Shown here: positions 1-12,369 of the stretch, in pieces
Layout: each line of letters starts with the position of its first letter
Position numbering within the stretch: the first letter of the stretch is position 1
NCBI RefSeq assembly: GCF_044704955.1
Contig: NC_091984.1
Span: 53,382,001 to 53,446,000 of the forward strand
Direction: 5' to 3'
From: Pristiophorus japonicus
Taxonomy: Eukaryota
Length of the DNA: 64,000 bases
Notes under the pieces: generated by a model
Seen by the model: the letters and a program-made list of their open reading frames with translations, nothing else
Database searches by the model: none
What the model was told of the DNA's origin: nothing
Position numbers and translations under genes: made by a program

Positions 1-68
1 GCATCAGAGCAACAGAGGTTCAGTGTACAAGTTGAATGCAGCATTTCATCATCCAAAATATGCCTAGC

Positions 69-590
69 CAATGATTATTAGCAGAGGGTTAGGAAAAGGT
101 TATATGTACACAGCAACGGGAGGTGCAAAACACAGGGGAACAAAGAGAAAACAAAATATAAACAAAAATACTGCAAAAAGTGTAACATTAGATATTTATT
201 TAGAAATAGATTATACTAACAGAGTAGAATTGTTTTATAATTCACAGTGTAGCAATGTGTACTTCTGCAAATACAGTATGAACAAATAAATCAAATATCT
301 AAATGTTTGTAAAACCAGTATATTTTAAAGAAAGAGTAAGTAAGCTCTTGAAATAATTGATTACATTATTTTGTACAGAATACTGAAGCAGGGCTATAAT
401 GAGGCTGAAAGATGAATTATAAAACAATTATAGTCTGTTAGTATAATCTATTTCTAAATAAATATCTAATGTTACACTTTTTGCAGTATTTTTTTTATAT
501 TTTGTTTTCTCTTTGTTCCCCTGTGTTTTGCACCTCCCGTTGCTGTGTGAGTTTATAAACCTTTTCCTAACCCTCTGCTAATAATCATTG
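69..590. repeat. Long inverted repeat (arms ~69-244 and ~413-590, ~168 bp spacer)
   Basis: CAATGATTATTAGCAGAGGGTTAGGAAAAGG...TTGTTTTATAATTCA on the left is the reverse complement of TGAATTATAAAACAA...CCTTTTCCTAACCCTCTGCTAATAATCATTG on the right, with only a few substitutions/indels. No TSD seen. Confidence 0.95.
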
Positions 591-1055
591 AAGATGCATG
601 AGAGGAACTGAGCTTGTAAGTGATTTTCTTCACTCTTGTGGCTTGGCCTGTCCCATGTTAACATTCCATGGCAAAGATTGCAGGCAGTTAAATTGCTTCC
701 AGGCTTCTATCACCATTTCTCTGTAACTAACTGTTAGCTGGGCGAGAAGAACCAAGATATCTTGCCTTCTAGTTTTATTGTATGGTTATCATTTTATATA
801 TACATTTTTATACACACGTGTTTATATTTTCTCTCCCTTACATATGGTCTCCCATGGCCTGCACCATGATCCACTGAGAAGATGGGCAGGTGACCTAAAC
901 CCAGGTCTCTGCTAGTGCCAGTTTGAACCCTGCCTTCAAAAGGTATATGGGATGGAACCTGCATAATTCAACTATTTTTCTTTCCATACCTGGAAAGTAG
1001 CACGTAGTACCTGCATGACACCTCCATGGAGTGGTATTGCTGTGATAAGGAACTA

Positions 1056-1933
1056 GGAGCTGAATTTTGCCCAGCACTGAGCACTGTTTTTTTGCCACCT
1101 AGTGATTTTTCTGGTGCAGAAGTTTAGTTTAGAGATTCCCCAATTATGGGGCGCCGGCATCGACTATCCACGCCAGAATGTTTGGCGCCATACATTCTGG
1201 CGCTGGTGGACGTTGAAAAGTACAATACGCACCTTTTTAGGACATAAGACCAAGTTTCCGATATTTTTAAAATTGGTGCACAGACACTAAAAACATCTTA
1301 ATTTCAGTTGAAGAAAGGTGCGTTGGCCTGCGCCTATCCCCAGCCGAATGGACTCCCTACCTATTTTAGAGAAACTTTGTGGAACTTTATAGAATCTTAT
1401 ATAACTTCAAAAATAAAATTAAAAAAAGAAAACTTACCATTGTTGCTACCCTCGATGATAGAACTGTAAGCATTCAAATAATAAATCATTCTTTACCACC
1501 TTTTCCTTCAACGTCCTAAGTGGCCCAAAATTTTCTAAGATGTTCCTGAAGTCCTAGTAATCCTTAAAAATCGAAACTGCAGGCACAATCATCAGATCAA
1601 TAATCATCTTCAACTGAAAAACATCAAGGGCAGCTTTCTCGCAATCCTCCATGCAGCTGACTCGACACGCTGCTATCCCCGACCGAATTACTGCGCATAT
1701 GCAGTTTTTTCTTTTTTTTTTCCCCCTCTGCGCAATGAGTTGGTCATTTTGCTGTGCGTTTTAGGTGCACACTCTAATCTCCACCCCCCGCGATTGAATC
1801 GGGTATCGCCGGCGCGACATGCTGCATCGGTTTGCAGAAAACTTGCGATTTCATTTTCAGCGCTGAAGGACCACAACGAAATGTACGTACAGGCAGTATG
1901 CCCCTTTATTTTTTCTTGAGGAAAATTGAGGCC
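1056..1933. mobile_element. Probable non-autonomous Harbinger-derived element (MITE-like)
   Basis: CpG-rich island with ends GGAGCTGAATTTTGCC and GGAAAATTGAGGCC, resembling the GGG...AAATT TIRs of other Harbinger elements in this window. No coding capacity; boundaries uncertain. Confidence 0.45.
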
Positions 1934-2088
1934 AAGGTCTGTGAAGGTTTGTCGAAAAGACCCATATACCATTGCTGCATGGTGCAATGTATTTGTCTCC
2001 AAAGTTTATTACCTAATGCAGTAGGGCTGCAGAGCACAGTACTACGTCCCTTGCGTTTTGTGATTTAAACTTGTAGGGGGCACGACTA

Positions 2089-2995
2089 TTATGAAGTTTG
2101 CAAATGGTGCAAAAATTTACCATGTGATTGATAGTGAGGAAGAAAGCTGTAGACTGCAGGAATATAGCAATGGACTGGTCGGGGGTGGGCAGAAAAGTGG
2201 CAAATGGAATTCAATTCAGAGAAGTGTGAGGTAATGCATTTGGGGAGGGCTAACAAGGCAAGGGAATACACGTTAAATGGTAAGACACTGAAAAGTGTAG
2301 AGGAACAAAGGGACCTTGGAGTACAAATCCACAGATCCCTGAAGGTAGCAGGCCAGGTAAATAAGGTGGTTAAGAATGTATACGGAATACTTGCCTTTAT
2401 TAGCCAAGGCATAGAATACAAGAGCAGCGAGGTTATGCTTGAATTGTATAAAACACTAGTTAGGCCACAGCTAGAGTACTGTGTGCAGTTCTGGTCACCA
2501 CATTACAGGAAAGATGTGATTGCACTTGAGAGGGTACAGAGGAGATTTACAAGGATGTTGGCTGGATGGGAGAATTTTAGCTATGAGGAAAGATTAGCTA
2601 AGCTGGGTTTGTTTTCTTTGGAACAAAGGAGACTGAGGGGAGACCTTAGTGAAGTGTATAAAATTATGAGGAGCCTAGATAGAGTGGATAGGACGGACAT
2701 ATTTTCCTTAGCAAGAGGGTCAATAACTAGGGGGCATAGATTTAAAATAATTGGTTGAAGATTTAGAGGGGATTTGAGGGGAAATTTCTTCACCCAGAGG
2801 GTGGTGGGGGTCTGGAATCCACTGCCTGAAAGGGTGGTAGAGGCAGAAACCCTCACCACATTTGAAAAGTACTTGGATGTGCACTTGAAGGACTGCGGAC
2901 CTAGAGCTGGTATTAGGCTGGATAGCTCTTTGTTGGCCGGCGCAGACACAATGGGCCGAAATGGCCTCCTCCATGCTGTAAATTTCTATGATTGT
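2089..2995 (+). mobile_element. CR1 LINE, 5'-truncated 3' fragment (RT C-terminus)
   Basis: ORF 2204-2758: FNSEKCEVMHLG, RDLGV, LYKTLVRPQLEYCVQFWSP, LERVQRRFTRM, RRLRGDL; then NFFTQRVV..WN; tail TTCTATGATT. Confidence 0.95.
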
Positions 2996-3037
2996 ATAAT
3001 ACCACTTCGCTTTTATTTGTTCCTTATTGCTCCCTAT

Positions 3038-5553
3038 GGGCCCAAATTTTCTCAGCCGCTTAGAACGGCATAGTTAGACATGGTGCGGCAACTTTGTGGT
3101 GGAGAAAACGCGGCAAAAACTTACTGGGATAATTTGGCCGCTCCTGGATCCCTGTGGTCCCGTGGCGTGGCGCTGCAAAATCTGCGGGGGGAAGCACTTG
3201 GGTTGCGCTTGCTCAGCACAGCCGGCAGAGGGGCGGGGCTTGGGCCCAGCGTGTCTTCGAATGCTGGCAGGGGGACACATGTCCGTTTGTGCTTATGCGC
3301 GTTGACGCATGCGCAATGGGCCAGGAACCTTGGCGATCGGCCATTTAAAGGGAGAGCATCCTCAGTGCATCAGCAGCATTGGCAGTGGGCCATATTGAAA
3401 GATAAGGTGTTAATATTGATTTTTGGGTGGCTGTGGGAATGGAAAGGAATGCTGCATAGGTGCATGCAAGGTGAGAACTGTGTTTTTTCAACATTACCTG
3501 AATGTGAATCCGATACACTAATGACGCAAGAGCATGCAACAAGAACGAAGAACTTCTTGCATGAGGAAGTGGAGAAACTAGTCACTGTCATTGAGGACAG
3601 ATGGCAGGAGCTAGATATCAGTAAGAGTGGTCCCACAAAAGTTCCACCCAAAGAAATGAGAAGGCGGATGGAACCTAGTTGCAGAAGAATTCTCCACGGG
3701 TGAATACTGCAAGAACTGGAAGCCAGTGTAAAAAGAAATGGCAGGACGTTGGTCAAATAGTGAGTGTAAGTGTTATCTTGAGTTTTAAATGGAATTGCAA
3801 TTATTACTGTGATCATCTATATATGTCCCATCCATCCGAGGCTCACCATGTGGCAAAAATTTAATTTTCATCTTTGCAGAAGAAATTGGCCGACAACAAA
3901 AGGGAGAGAACTAGAACAGGAGGAGGGCCGCCAAATCTGCACCAACTATCACCACTGGAACAGAGGATCGCTGCCTTGCTGAGTCGCACCTGCAGAAAAA
4001 GAAGCAGCTCTGCACAAGCTGGGTCCACACGCGAGGGTGAGGGTCAATCATGAAAATGCATCGTCGCCCTTCAAATCAACCTGCTGACTGGTCTGCTAAG
4101 CGTGAGACTACTCATTCCACCCATCCAGCCCCCTTCTTTCCTGCTAACCATTTGACTGATCTGTTGTATTTTGCAGAACAAGAAGATAATCCTGAACTTC
4201 CTGAAGATCAACAAGAAGATCCAGGTTCGTGCGCTGTAGACCAAGGCGGGGGGAGGAGGGGTCCATGGATCTGTGTTCACGGGAGAATGCTGATCGTGAT
4301 ATGGATCAGTCCATGGTACGGAGCATCACTTTGCCAGACACCTCCATGAGCTCTGCCACGACATTCCTTGGTTTCACACCTTCCAAGGTTGGGGTGCGGT
4401 GGTGGAGTGCAGGTTGGAACACCCAGGGCCCCACCATCCTAGCCTGTGCCTTGCACTGGAGGGGTGCCGCTAGGCAGACCCACGGCGAGGGGAAAGAGAA
4501 GCTGACCAGTCTCTCCTGAGATGCAGCCTTCATCAGGTGTACAGCAGGTTATGTCATTGGGTGAGGAGACCAATGCCCTTACCCGATCACTCGTGGCCAC
4601 CGTCAGTGGGGTGCGTGATGAGGTAGCGACACTGTCGGGAGAAATATCAGCACTGAGACAGGAACTGAGGGCGGGCATGTCAGAGGGAGTGCAAACGATG
4701 GCAGAGGCCATGAGGGAGTTAGCTGCTGCAATAAGGGCACACAGGCCTAACAATCAAATGCCACTCCCACTGCAATCCCCACACCAGCCTCTGTTGAGAA
4801 CCAAGCTGGGCCCCCAGCCACCCCCCCACCACCATCACCGCCCCTATGAAGAAGTGCACATTCCCCGATCTGTGAGTGAGAGATGGGTGCAGTTTCTTTG
4901 CTGTTGTTGTTATGGAAGTGCATTGTAAACTTTCCAATAAAATATTTTTTGCATTAAAACTGAATCATGTTCCATTATCATCACACAACATTTAGGAACA
5001 ACTGTTTTATAAAAAAAAAAACATCCCTCACCCCTACAGCCATGCGTGCCTGCCGCCCCTAGCCCTGGCCGAAGGGCTAGCTGGTATGTTCTGCAGTCGG
5101 CAAGGCAGGACTACTCAATTTTCAGTCGCTGATTTATCTTTCATTTATTTTTGATGATGTTGTGCTGAAGTTGTTTTGATGTTGTGCTGATGCTGTGTAG
5201 GTGTTTAGTGCATTAGAATCCTCTAACTCACCTCCCACCCCCCCCCCCCCCCCCCCCCCCCGCCCATCTCTGGCCACCTATGCTGATTTCTTAAAGGTTT
5301 TTCTGTGCCTACAAAAGTGGCCACATACACTGGCCTAAGTTAGTTTGGAGTAATTTTTAGCTGGCCAAATTTGCTTCTATGGCCAAAACAGGTGTAAGTG
5401 GCTGGTTACGCCCCCTTTTGGAGAAAAAAAACGAATTAACTGACTTACACTGGAGCAAGTTAAATGGGGAAATTTGCGATTTCTAAGTTACTCCAAAAAA
5501 AGCTACTTGCTCTAAAAAAAAAAGCGGGGCAACTCCTGGGGAACTTTGAGCCC
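3038..5553 (+). mobile_element. Harbinger/PIF transposon derivative carrying only the Myb/SANT gene
   Basis: Imperfect TIRs GGGCCCAAATTTTC (3038) and GGAACTTTGAGCCC (to 5553). Internal spliced Myb-like gene; no transposase motifs found. Confidence 0.8.
3521..4928 (+). pseudogene. Harbinger Myb/SANT-like DNA-binding protein gene, spliced and frameshifted
   Basis: ATG 3521 MTQEHATRTKNFLHEEVEKLV..EDRW...RTGSQCKKKWQD; donor GTAAGT 3766; acceptor TTTGCAG 3879; exon 2 KKLADNKRERTRTGGGPP; later helical region (ORF 4521-4928); AATAAA 4936. Confidence 0.85.
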
Positions 5554-7467
5554 GTCTCATCCCAAAAACTTAGACTCATCATAATGCTTTTCCCCATGGC
5601 TCAGCCAAGAGAATAATTTGTAGGTGCAAACCAATCTTGTAGCATTGGGCAGTGCATTTTCGCTCAGTAAAAACTTGCATAAACTTTCAGTGAAGCTCCT
5701 TGTGGATGTATCAGGTTAATTGAGTAATTCTGCACTCCTGAAATTGAATTGCGCTCGTAGGGAGTACAGGTCAGACTTAGGGCTACAACACTAGTCTTAA
5801 TTCTCCAACCCACACTACTTTTGAGCGTGGCTTAGTGTTTAGTGTGGTAGGACTATTGAATCTACCTTTATTTGTTTTTGTTTGCATTTCCCATTTTGCT
5901 CGAACAGCTGTGCAATACCAATGCTGCTACTCTTAGTCACCCAGATACCTACCAAATTCTGGTGGTGTTTTTTTTACATAGCAGCAACTTCATAAAAACG
6001 ACAAGCTTCAGTCAATTGCCAGTTATTAATGGCTTCTTTCAGTTTCTCGTATGGCTATTAAGCACAATCTAAGGTAACTGCTTTTATTTGGCATCTATTT
6101 ACAATATATTTGGTCCTATTTATAATGTTTAAAATTGTACAATAAATATAACTGTAGTGAAAAAAAGCTTGGGTGCTGCAGGTATTTGGTTGTTTAACAC
6201 AATTGACCCTCACAGTAACCTAGAATTGGCTCTGATGCAAAAACATTTTTTTGGGGAAGTTTAAAAAAAAACTAATCCATAAGACCATTTTACTTGTACT
6301 CCTGATTGAGCTCACAGTGCATGGAGATAGCTGATTATATGTTTCCATCTTACAAGCTGCAATGTAATTTCAGAGTGTGCTCAGTGTATGAATGTAATAG
6401 TAGCTGACTCGCATGATGTTATGTGTCAGAATATTAAAGGCACTAATGGAAAAGCTCCCAGATTCACAAGGGGACACCATTTTCACAGATGTTTCGAATG
6501 GCTGATCACTAAACTAATGGGGCAGAATCCAAAACCATGGCAAAAGAGCCTGGATGAAAATGAAAAGGGAGATGAAGAGCACCCATTGGAAGTCACATTT
6601 AAAACTAAATGCTTTTATTGGGAGCGTGCTGCAGATATGGAATATTAACAATAACACAAGGTAGAAGTGTCAGGATAGCAATTGCTTATCGGGCTTTATC
6701 ACAGAATATGAAACTGTATCGCATGAAATCCACCAGTGGCTGAATAGATATGCCAATTCATTTTGAATGTCCGCTTTGACAAGCTAGGCTGCTCTTGTTG
6801 AATGGCATCAGTGAATGTGAGCTTCCTGGCGCATTTCCTTTTCTTCCGTTTTCTTTGCTAAGCCTTCCTTATAAAATTGAAAAAGACACAGAATAAAAGT
6901 AATACCAGTTCAAGTTTTTTTTTAAATGATAAGAGGGAAAAGTATATGAAGGCTTGTTTAGATAACATTAAGATGGTTATTGTTGGTGGAAGGCTGTGTG
7001 AGATATAAGCTTCGAACTCTGATGACATTCTCCCTAATACAAGTATTTAATATTTGATGTATTGGGATAAAAAGGATCTCTTTTGAATCAAATTGAGTTC
7101 CTAAGTAAGAATCTATTACAGGATGACTTTTGTGATTTGACAGCAAAGTGGACGATGTTATTCTTGACTAGTCACTGCAATCGGTTTGCACTGGAGTCAG
7201 ATATTTTTTTCTTTGCTTGAGTAAACACAGCTTATCCACTGCTGCATTGAAGACTGCTGAAGCAAGTGCTGAAATTCAGAGTGTTTGCCAAGAGATCCTC
7301 TTTCTTGCATTGTTTCTCATATAATGAACATAAAAAACTTTTTTCTTGTTGAAGTTTTTATTTTAATTTTTAAATAGTTTCAGTTGTTAAGTATGATTAC
7401 TATTGCAGATAAATTGTTTTATTTTAAAGATGAGTTCTGGGTACATTTATCTTTTCACATGTTTTTT

Positions 7468-8488
7468 TATTTGTTCACGGGATGTGGGCATTGCTGACCA
7501 GGCCAGCATTTATTGCCCATCCCTAATTGCTCTTGAGAAGGTGGTGGTGTGCCGCCTTCTTGAATCACTGCAGTTCATGTGGTGAAGGTACTTCCACAGT
7601 GCTGTTGGGAAGGGAGTTCCAGGATTTTGACCTAGCGATAATGAAGAAACGACGATATATTTCCAAGTCGGGATGGTGTATGACTTGCAGTTGGTGGTGT
7701 TCCCATGTGCCTGCTGCCCTTGTCCTTCTAGATGGTAGAGGTCACTGGTTTGGGAGGAACTGTCGAGGAATATTTCCCGAGTTGATGCAGTGCATCTTAC
7801 AGATGGCACACTGCAGCCACTGTGCTCCGGTGGTGGAAGGGATGCCAATCAAGCGGGCTGCTTTATTATGGATGGAGTCGAGCTTCTTGAGTGTTGTTGG
7901 AGCTGCACTCATCCAGGCATCACACTCCTGACTTGTGCCTTGTAGACGGTGGAAAGGCTTTGGAGAGTCAGGAGTGAGACACTTGCAGCAGAATACCCAG
8001 TCTCTGATGTTTTGTTTATTTGATCCTGGGATGTGGATGTCGCCGAAAAGGCCAGCATTTATTACCCATCTCTAATTGTCCTTGTAGCCACAGTATTTAT
8101 GTGGCTGGTCCAGGTGGGAGATTCACTGATTGTAATGCCATTGAATGTCAAGGGGCGGTGGCTAGACTCTCTCGTGTTGGAGAAGGACATTGCCTGGCAT
8201 TTGTATGGCACGAATGTTACTTACCACTTATCAGCCCAAGCTTGAATGTCTTCCAGGTCTGGCTGCATGCGGGCAGGGACTGCTTCGTTATCTGAGATAT
8301 TGCAAATGGAACTGAACACTCTGCAATCATCAGCAAACATCTCCACTTCTAATCATATGATGGAAGAAGGTTATTGATAAAGCAGCTGAAGATGGTTGGG
8401 CCTAGGACACTGCCCTGGGGAACTCTTGAGGTGATGTCCTGGGGCTAAGATGATTAGCCTCCAACAACCACTACCATCTTCTTTTGTC
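7468..8488 (-). mobile_element. CR1-group (Zenon-like) LINE 3' fragment(s)
   Basis: 3' end GGGATGTGGGCATTGCTG..GCATTTATTGCCCATCCCTAATTG..GAGAAGGTGGTGGTG, antisense-homologous to the element at 13465-17353. A second 3' tail interrupts it at ~8010-8083. Confidence 0.8.
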
Positions 8489-8742
8489 CAAAAGCAAAAT
8501 ACTGCAGCTGCTGGAAATCTGAAATAAAAACAGAAAATGCTGGAAATACTCAGCAGGTCAGGCAGTATCTGGGAGAGAGAAACAAATGTAACGTTTCAGG
8601 TCGATGACATTTTAGAAAAAGTTAGAGATGTAACAGATTTTAAGCAAGTGCAGAGGCAGGGAAAGTGGGGAGGGGACAAAAGAACAAAAGGGAAGGTCTG
8701 TTATAAGGTGGAAGGCAGGAGTGATTAAATGACAAAAGGATG
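8489..8742 (-). mobile_element. Penelope-like element terminal repeat relic
   Basis: AAAGCAAAATACTGCAGCTGCTGGAAATCTGAAATAAAAACAGAAAATGCTGG... is the reverse complement of 61285-61626. It retains GTC-ATC-GACCT-GAAACGTT on the minus strand, but the CTGATGA box is deleted. Confidence 0.65.
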
Positions 8743-9624
8743 CTCTATTCTCTTCTAGCTTTCATGCCTTTTCTTCTCGTCTGCTGGCAAGACATCCTGT
8801 CATCCTTTTAGTTTGTCTCCCAGAATTATTCCAGTTATAGAATCCATTTTTAGTGGATAAAATGGCCTAAATGTGGAGACGAGAATATTTTTTCTAACTT
8901 ATGTAGTCTTTCACAGTGCTGTATCCATGTGGTACAAAATGGGATTCAGCCTGTTTAAGAATGGGAGGGAGGGAATAGATCTGTGAATCATGAATATTAA
9001 GAGATCCAATAATTTACTCTGGAGGTGGTTCAAGAGATTTCTAGCAGGAAGCACAGGAGACTTGCAGCTTAATTTTGTTAATTTTATCTATTTATTTTAA
9101 TATTGAGGTCCAGAATGCCTCTATCTGTGAAAGAGCATCCCTTCTGTTCTGCAATTCCTCTAGTAGAACATTGAAACCACTAAGCAATGGAGGCAAGTAT
9201 GGGTCAGGTGTGTAAACGGTAGGATGGATATTGTTTCAGGACTTGGGCTCATTGAGATGTAGTCCTCAATGCACTCTTCGGCTACAACTGGAGTGCCTGT
9301 GTGAAGCAGTATTTTGTTTTGCACCAATGCCAAACTGTCTTGTACATCTGCAGTTGGGGTTTGACTTCCAGGGAGTCTCACTCCACTTTGTTTTAGAATT
9401 AAATTGGTCCCTGGTTCTGGATTTATACTATAACTTTACAGTTGGTGGAAAACTAAGCCATGACATTACTGCCTGAGTTATATTTCAAATGCAGCCTGGT
9501 TCTTTTGTGAGGGACTTTTTCTTTATGCACTCCCTCAATTTTCTCTCATCCTGACATGTCGACAGAAGTTTGGCAGCAGAACTGATGTTAGACCTGACAC
9601 CTCTCTACTGGTCAAGAGTAAGAC

Positions 9625-10066
9625 AGAAAGAAAGAAGTTGCATTTAAATAGTGCCTTTCGCGACCTCAGGACCTCCCACAGCACTTCACAGCCAATGAAT
9701 TATTTTTGAAGTGTAGTAACTGTTGTAATGTAGGAAAATGCAGTGACAAATTGCACAAAGCAAGGACTCACAAACAGCAATGAGATTGATGACTAGATAA
9801 TCTGTTTGTGATGTTTGCATGATAAATATTGTCCAGGACACCAGGAGAATTTCCATGTTTCCTTCAAATAGTGCCGTGGGATCTTTTAATTCCACCTCAG
9901 TTTAACATCTCATCTAAAAGACAACCGCCCCAACAGTGCAGCACACCCTCATTACTACAATGAAGTGTCAGCCTAGATTATGTGCTGAAGTCTCTGGAAT
10001 GGCACCTGAATCCATAACCACCTAATTCAGAGACGAAAGTGCTACCTCTGAGCTAAGGCTTACACG
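9625..10066 (-). mobile_element. tRNA-derived DeuSINE (SacSINE1-like), near full length
   Basis: Reverse-complement homologue of 10872-11318, including head GTGTAAGCCTTAGCTCAG, Deu-like core (AAAAGATCCCACGGCACTATTT) and tail AAATGCAACTTCTTTC. Confidence 0.85.
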
Positions 10067-10614
10067 TAATATTGTTGGTACAGATTTGGACTGGGTAGAG
10101 TTGAGAATTTTCTCTCAGAACATTATCTCAGTTAGATCTTGGAAACCACCTGTCAGAACCACTTGTTGATTTCTGAGAGCATTATGTTGCTAAGTGGAGT
10201 CTTACAATTTTTGAGACACCCCAAAAGTATGCTTTAAAGGCTCTTAATGCAAAATGAAAGAGATTCATTGTGCGGTGCTTCGACAGTGCACTTCATATTT
10301 TTTGATATATTTATATATAAACATGTATATACCAAGAACAACAACATACCTTTCAAGCTATGTCATCATAGGCTCAATTCTCATTCTCAAAGCGGTTATA
10401 CTTGTGGCTGTGGACTTCTCATGTTAAATAAGCGAACTTTAGTCTCTCAGTGGATTCCAGTGGTATACAGGTTGGAGTTTATTTTAGATTTTGCCTAAGA
10501 TCACGCTAGAAGTTCTTCTATCTTAACAGAGCATAGCACCAAAAATCTACTGTTGCCTTATCTCTTGGAAGTAATACATTTCATTGTCTTAAGGCATTCC
10601 AGAGTATTTTTGAT

Positions 10615-10755
10615 TATTTGTTTTTGGGATGTGAGCAACATGTGTAAGGTCACATATATTACCCTTACCATTAGTTGCCCTGAAAAGGTGATGGTGGGTC
10701 TTTTCCTTGAACTGCTGCAGTCCCACAATGCTGTTAGGTTGGGAATTCCAGGGCA
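10615..10755 (-). mobile_element. Old CR1-Zenon-like 3' end fragment
   Basis: GGGATGTGAGC...TTGCCCTGAAAAGGTGATGGTG...GAACTGCTGCAGTCC aligns with 7478-7580. Confidence 0.6.
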
Positions 10756-10871
10756 GATGGTGGTTGGTCTCAGCCCCAAATTTCCCTCGTTCTCTACTAC
10801 AGGTACTATCCCACCAGATTTCACGGAAGATTACAGAGAAGACTCGAGTCCGAGATGTCTATGTTAACATA

Positions 10872-11318
10872 GTGTCAGCTGTGGCTCAGCTGGTAGCTCT
10901 CTCATCTCTGAGTCAGAAGGTTGTGGGTTCAAGACCCATTCCAGAGACTTGAGCACAAAATTCTAAGCTGACACTCCAGTGTGGGAGGGAGTGCTGCACT
11001 GTCTTTTGGATGAGACGTTAAACTGAGGCCCCCTCTGCTCTCTCAGGTATACGTAAAAGATCCCATGACACTATTTCCCAAGAGTTATCCCTGGTGCCCT
11101 GGCCATTATTTATCCTTCAATCAACATCACTAAAACAAATTATCTAGTCATTATCATATTGCTGTTTGTGGGAGCTTGCTGTGTGCAAATTCGCTACCAT
11201 CTTTCCTACATTACAACAGTGACTACACTCCAAAAAGTATTTCATTGGCTGTAAAGTGTTTTGGGACATCTGGTTATCGTGAAAGGCGATATATAAATAC
11301 AAGTCTTTTGTTTCTTTC
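10872..11318 (+). mobile_element. tRNA-derived DeuSINE (SacSINE1-like), full length
   Basis: A box TGGCTCAGCTGG (10882), B box GGTTCAAGACC (10926), core GATGAGACGTTAAACTGAGGCCCC..GTAAAAGATCCCATGACACTATTT, L2-type tail GAAAGGCGATATATAAATACAAGTCTTT. Confidence 0.9.
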
Positions 11319-11526
11319 GTAAGTTTACGAAATTCAGTATTAGTTATGCTTATCATTGTTTTTAACTGGAATGAATAATTAAGATGAAAAAATAATTACA
11401 AATATGTTTCATGATCTAGCCATTAGAACAATTAAAGAAGTTAAATTAAATGAATAGTGTTCGTGGGTCATCTTTGCACCACAAAAGAAAAATATTTCAT
11501 TATTACTCTCTAATGAAAAGTAAGTA

Positions 11527-11838
11527 CAGGTACAATGTCCCGAATCTGGCTGTCCAAAAACCAGACACTTTTGAGGTGGCCAAGATGGCAACATCGGGCT
11601 GCGAGGGACGAGGAAACCGGTTTTAAAAAAACGCAGCAGCGAGAATCGGTGGTCAGCGAGAAGCGGAGGATTGGCGGGTGGCGTGGAGCGCCAACAGCAA
11701 GGTCCGAAATCCGGTACAGTCTTGGTCCTGAGGCTGCTAGATTTCGGACAAGAAAATCAATACGTCTGAAATCTGGCAAAATCCAAAAACCGGTACGGTC
11801 TCGGTCCCGAGGTTGCCGAATTTCAGGCGTTGTACCTG
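11527..11838. mobile_element. Tc1/mariner-pogo (Tigger-like) MITE
   Basis: TA TSD on both sides (11525-26, 11839-40). TIR CAGGTACAATGTCCCGAATCTGGC vs reverse complement of the right end CAGGTACAACGCCTGAAATTCGGC. Confidence 0.88.
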
Positions 11839-12369
11839 TATCTACATTTTGAATGGTGCAGGTTTCTTGCAGGATTTCAGAATTTGGCAATACTTTGTCT
11901 CATGTGTTATCTAGAAAAGCTGATTGTTCTGCATTGTGTGTTTCTCCTCCCATTCTTCTCTCTTTACCCTTTCATTTTCTTGTTGATTTGACCAAAATTA
12001 AGTTGAGGTAAGGAAGGCTAGAAGAAATCTGACCAGATTTATTTTCCTGAGTGTAATGTATGTAGCTCCACACTGTGGACGTAATGTGTTACTGCAGCTA
12101 GTGCTGTTTAATAAACAGTCAGGTCACCTGATAGGAAGGAGGCTTCCACAGGAAGTTCCGGATCTGCAGCCATCGTACAGGCTGTGTGTTAAGTGTGCTT
12201 TTGAAGATATCACACTGACAATCTCAATCTCTTTTGTGCAGCCACAAATTATTAATTACATTTACTGACCTAAAAACAATTGCTGGGCCTGGGGATTAAA
12301 CAGTTCTTAAGCTCTTCACTTAATTTTTCATAGTTTAGGAAAATGAACTGGAAATGGTCTGGTTCAGCC

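Noticed and set aside
5236-5261. Long C/G homopolymers (also ~22010-22027, 50807-50819, 54619-54638, 63062-63078) as functional G-quadruplexes
   Set aside because: They lie mostly inside TEs, and such runs expand by slippage and are error-prone in assemblies.
10872-10945. tRNA gene
   Set aside because: A and B boxes belong to a SINE head that continues into Deu core and tail; no complete cloverleaf.
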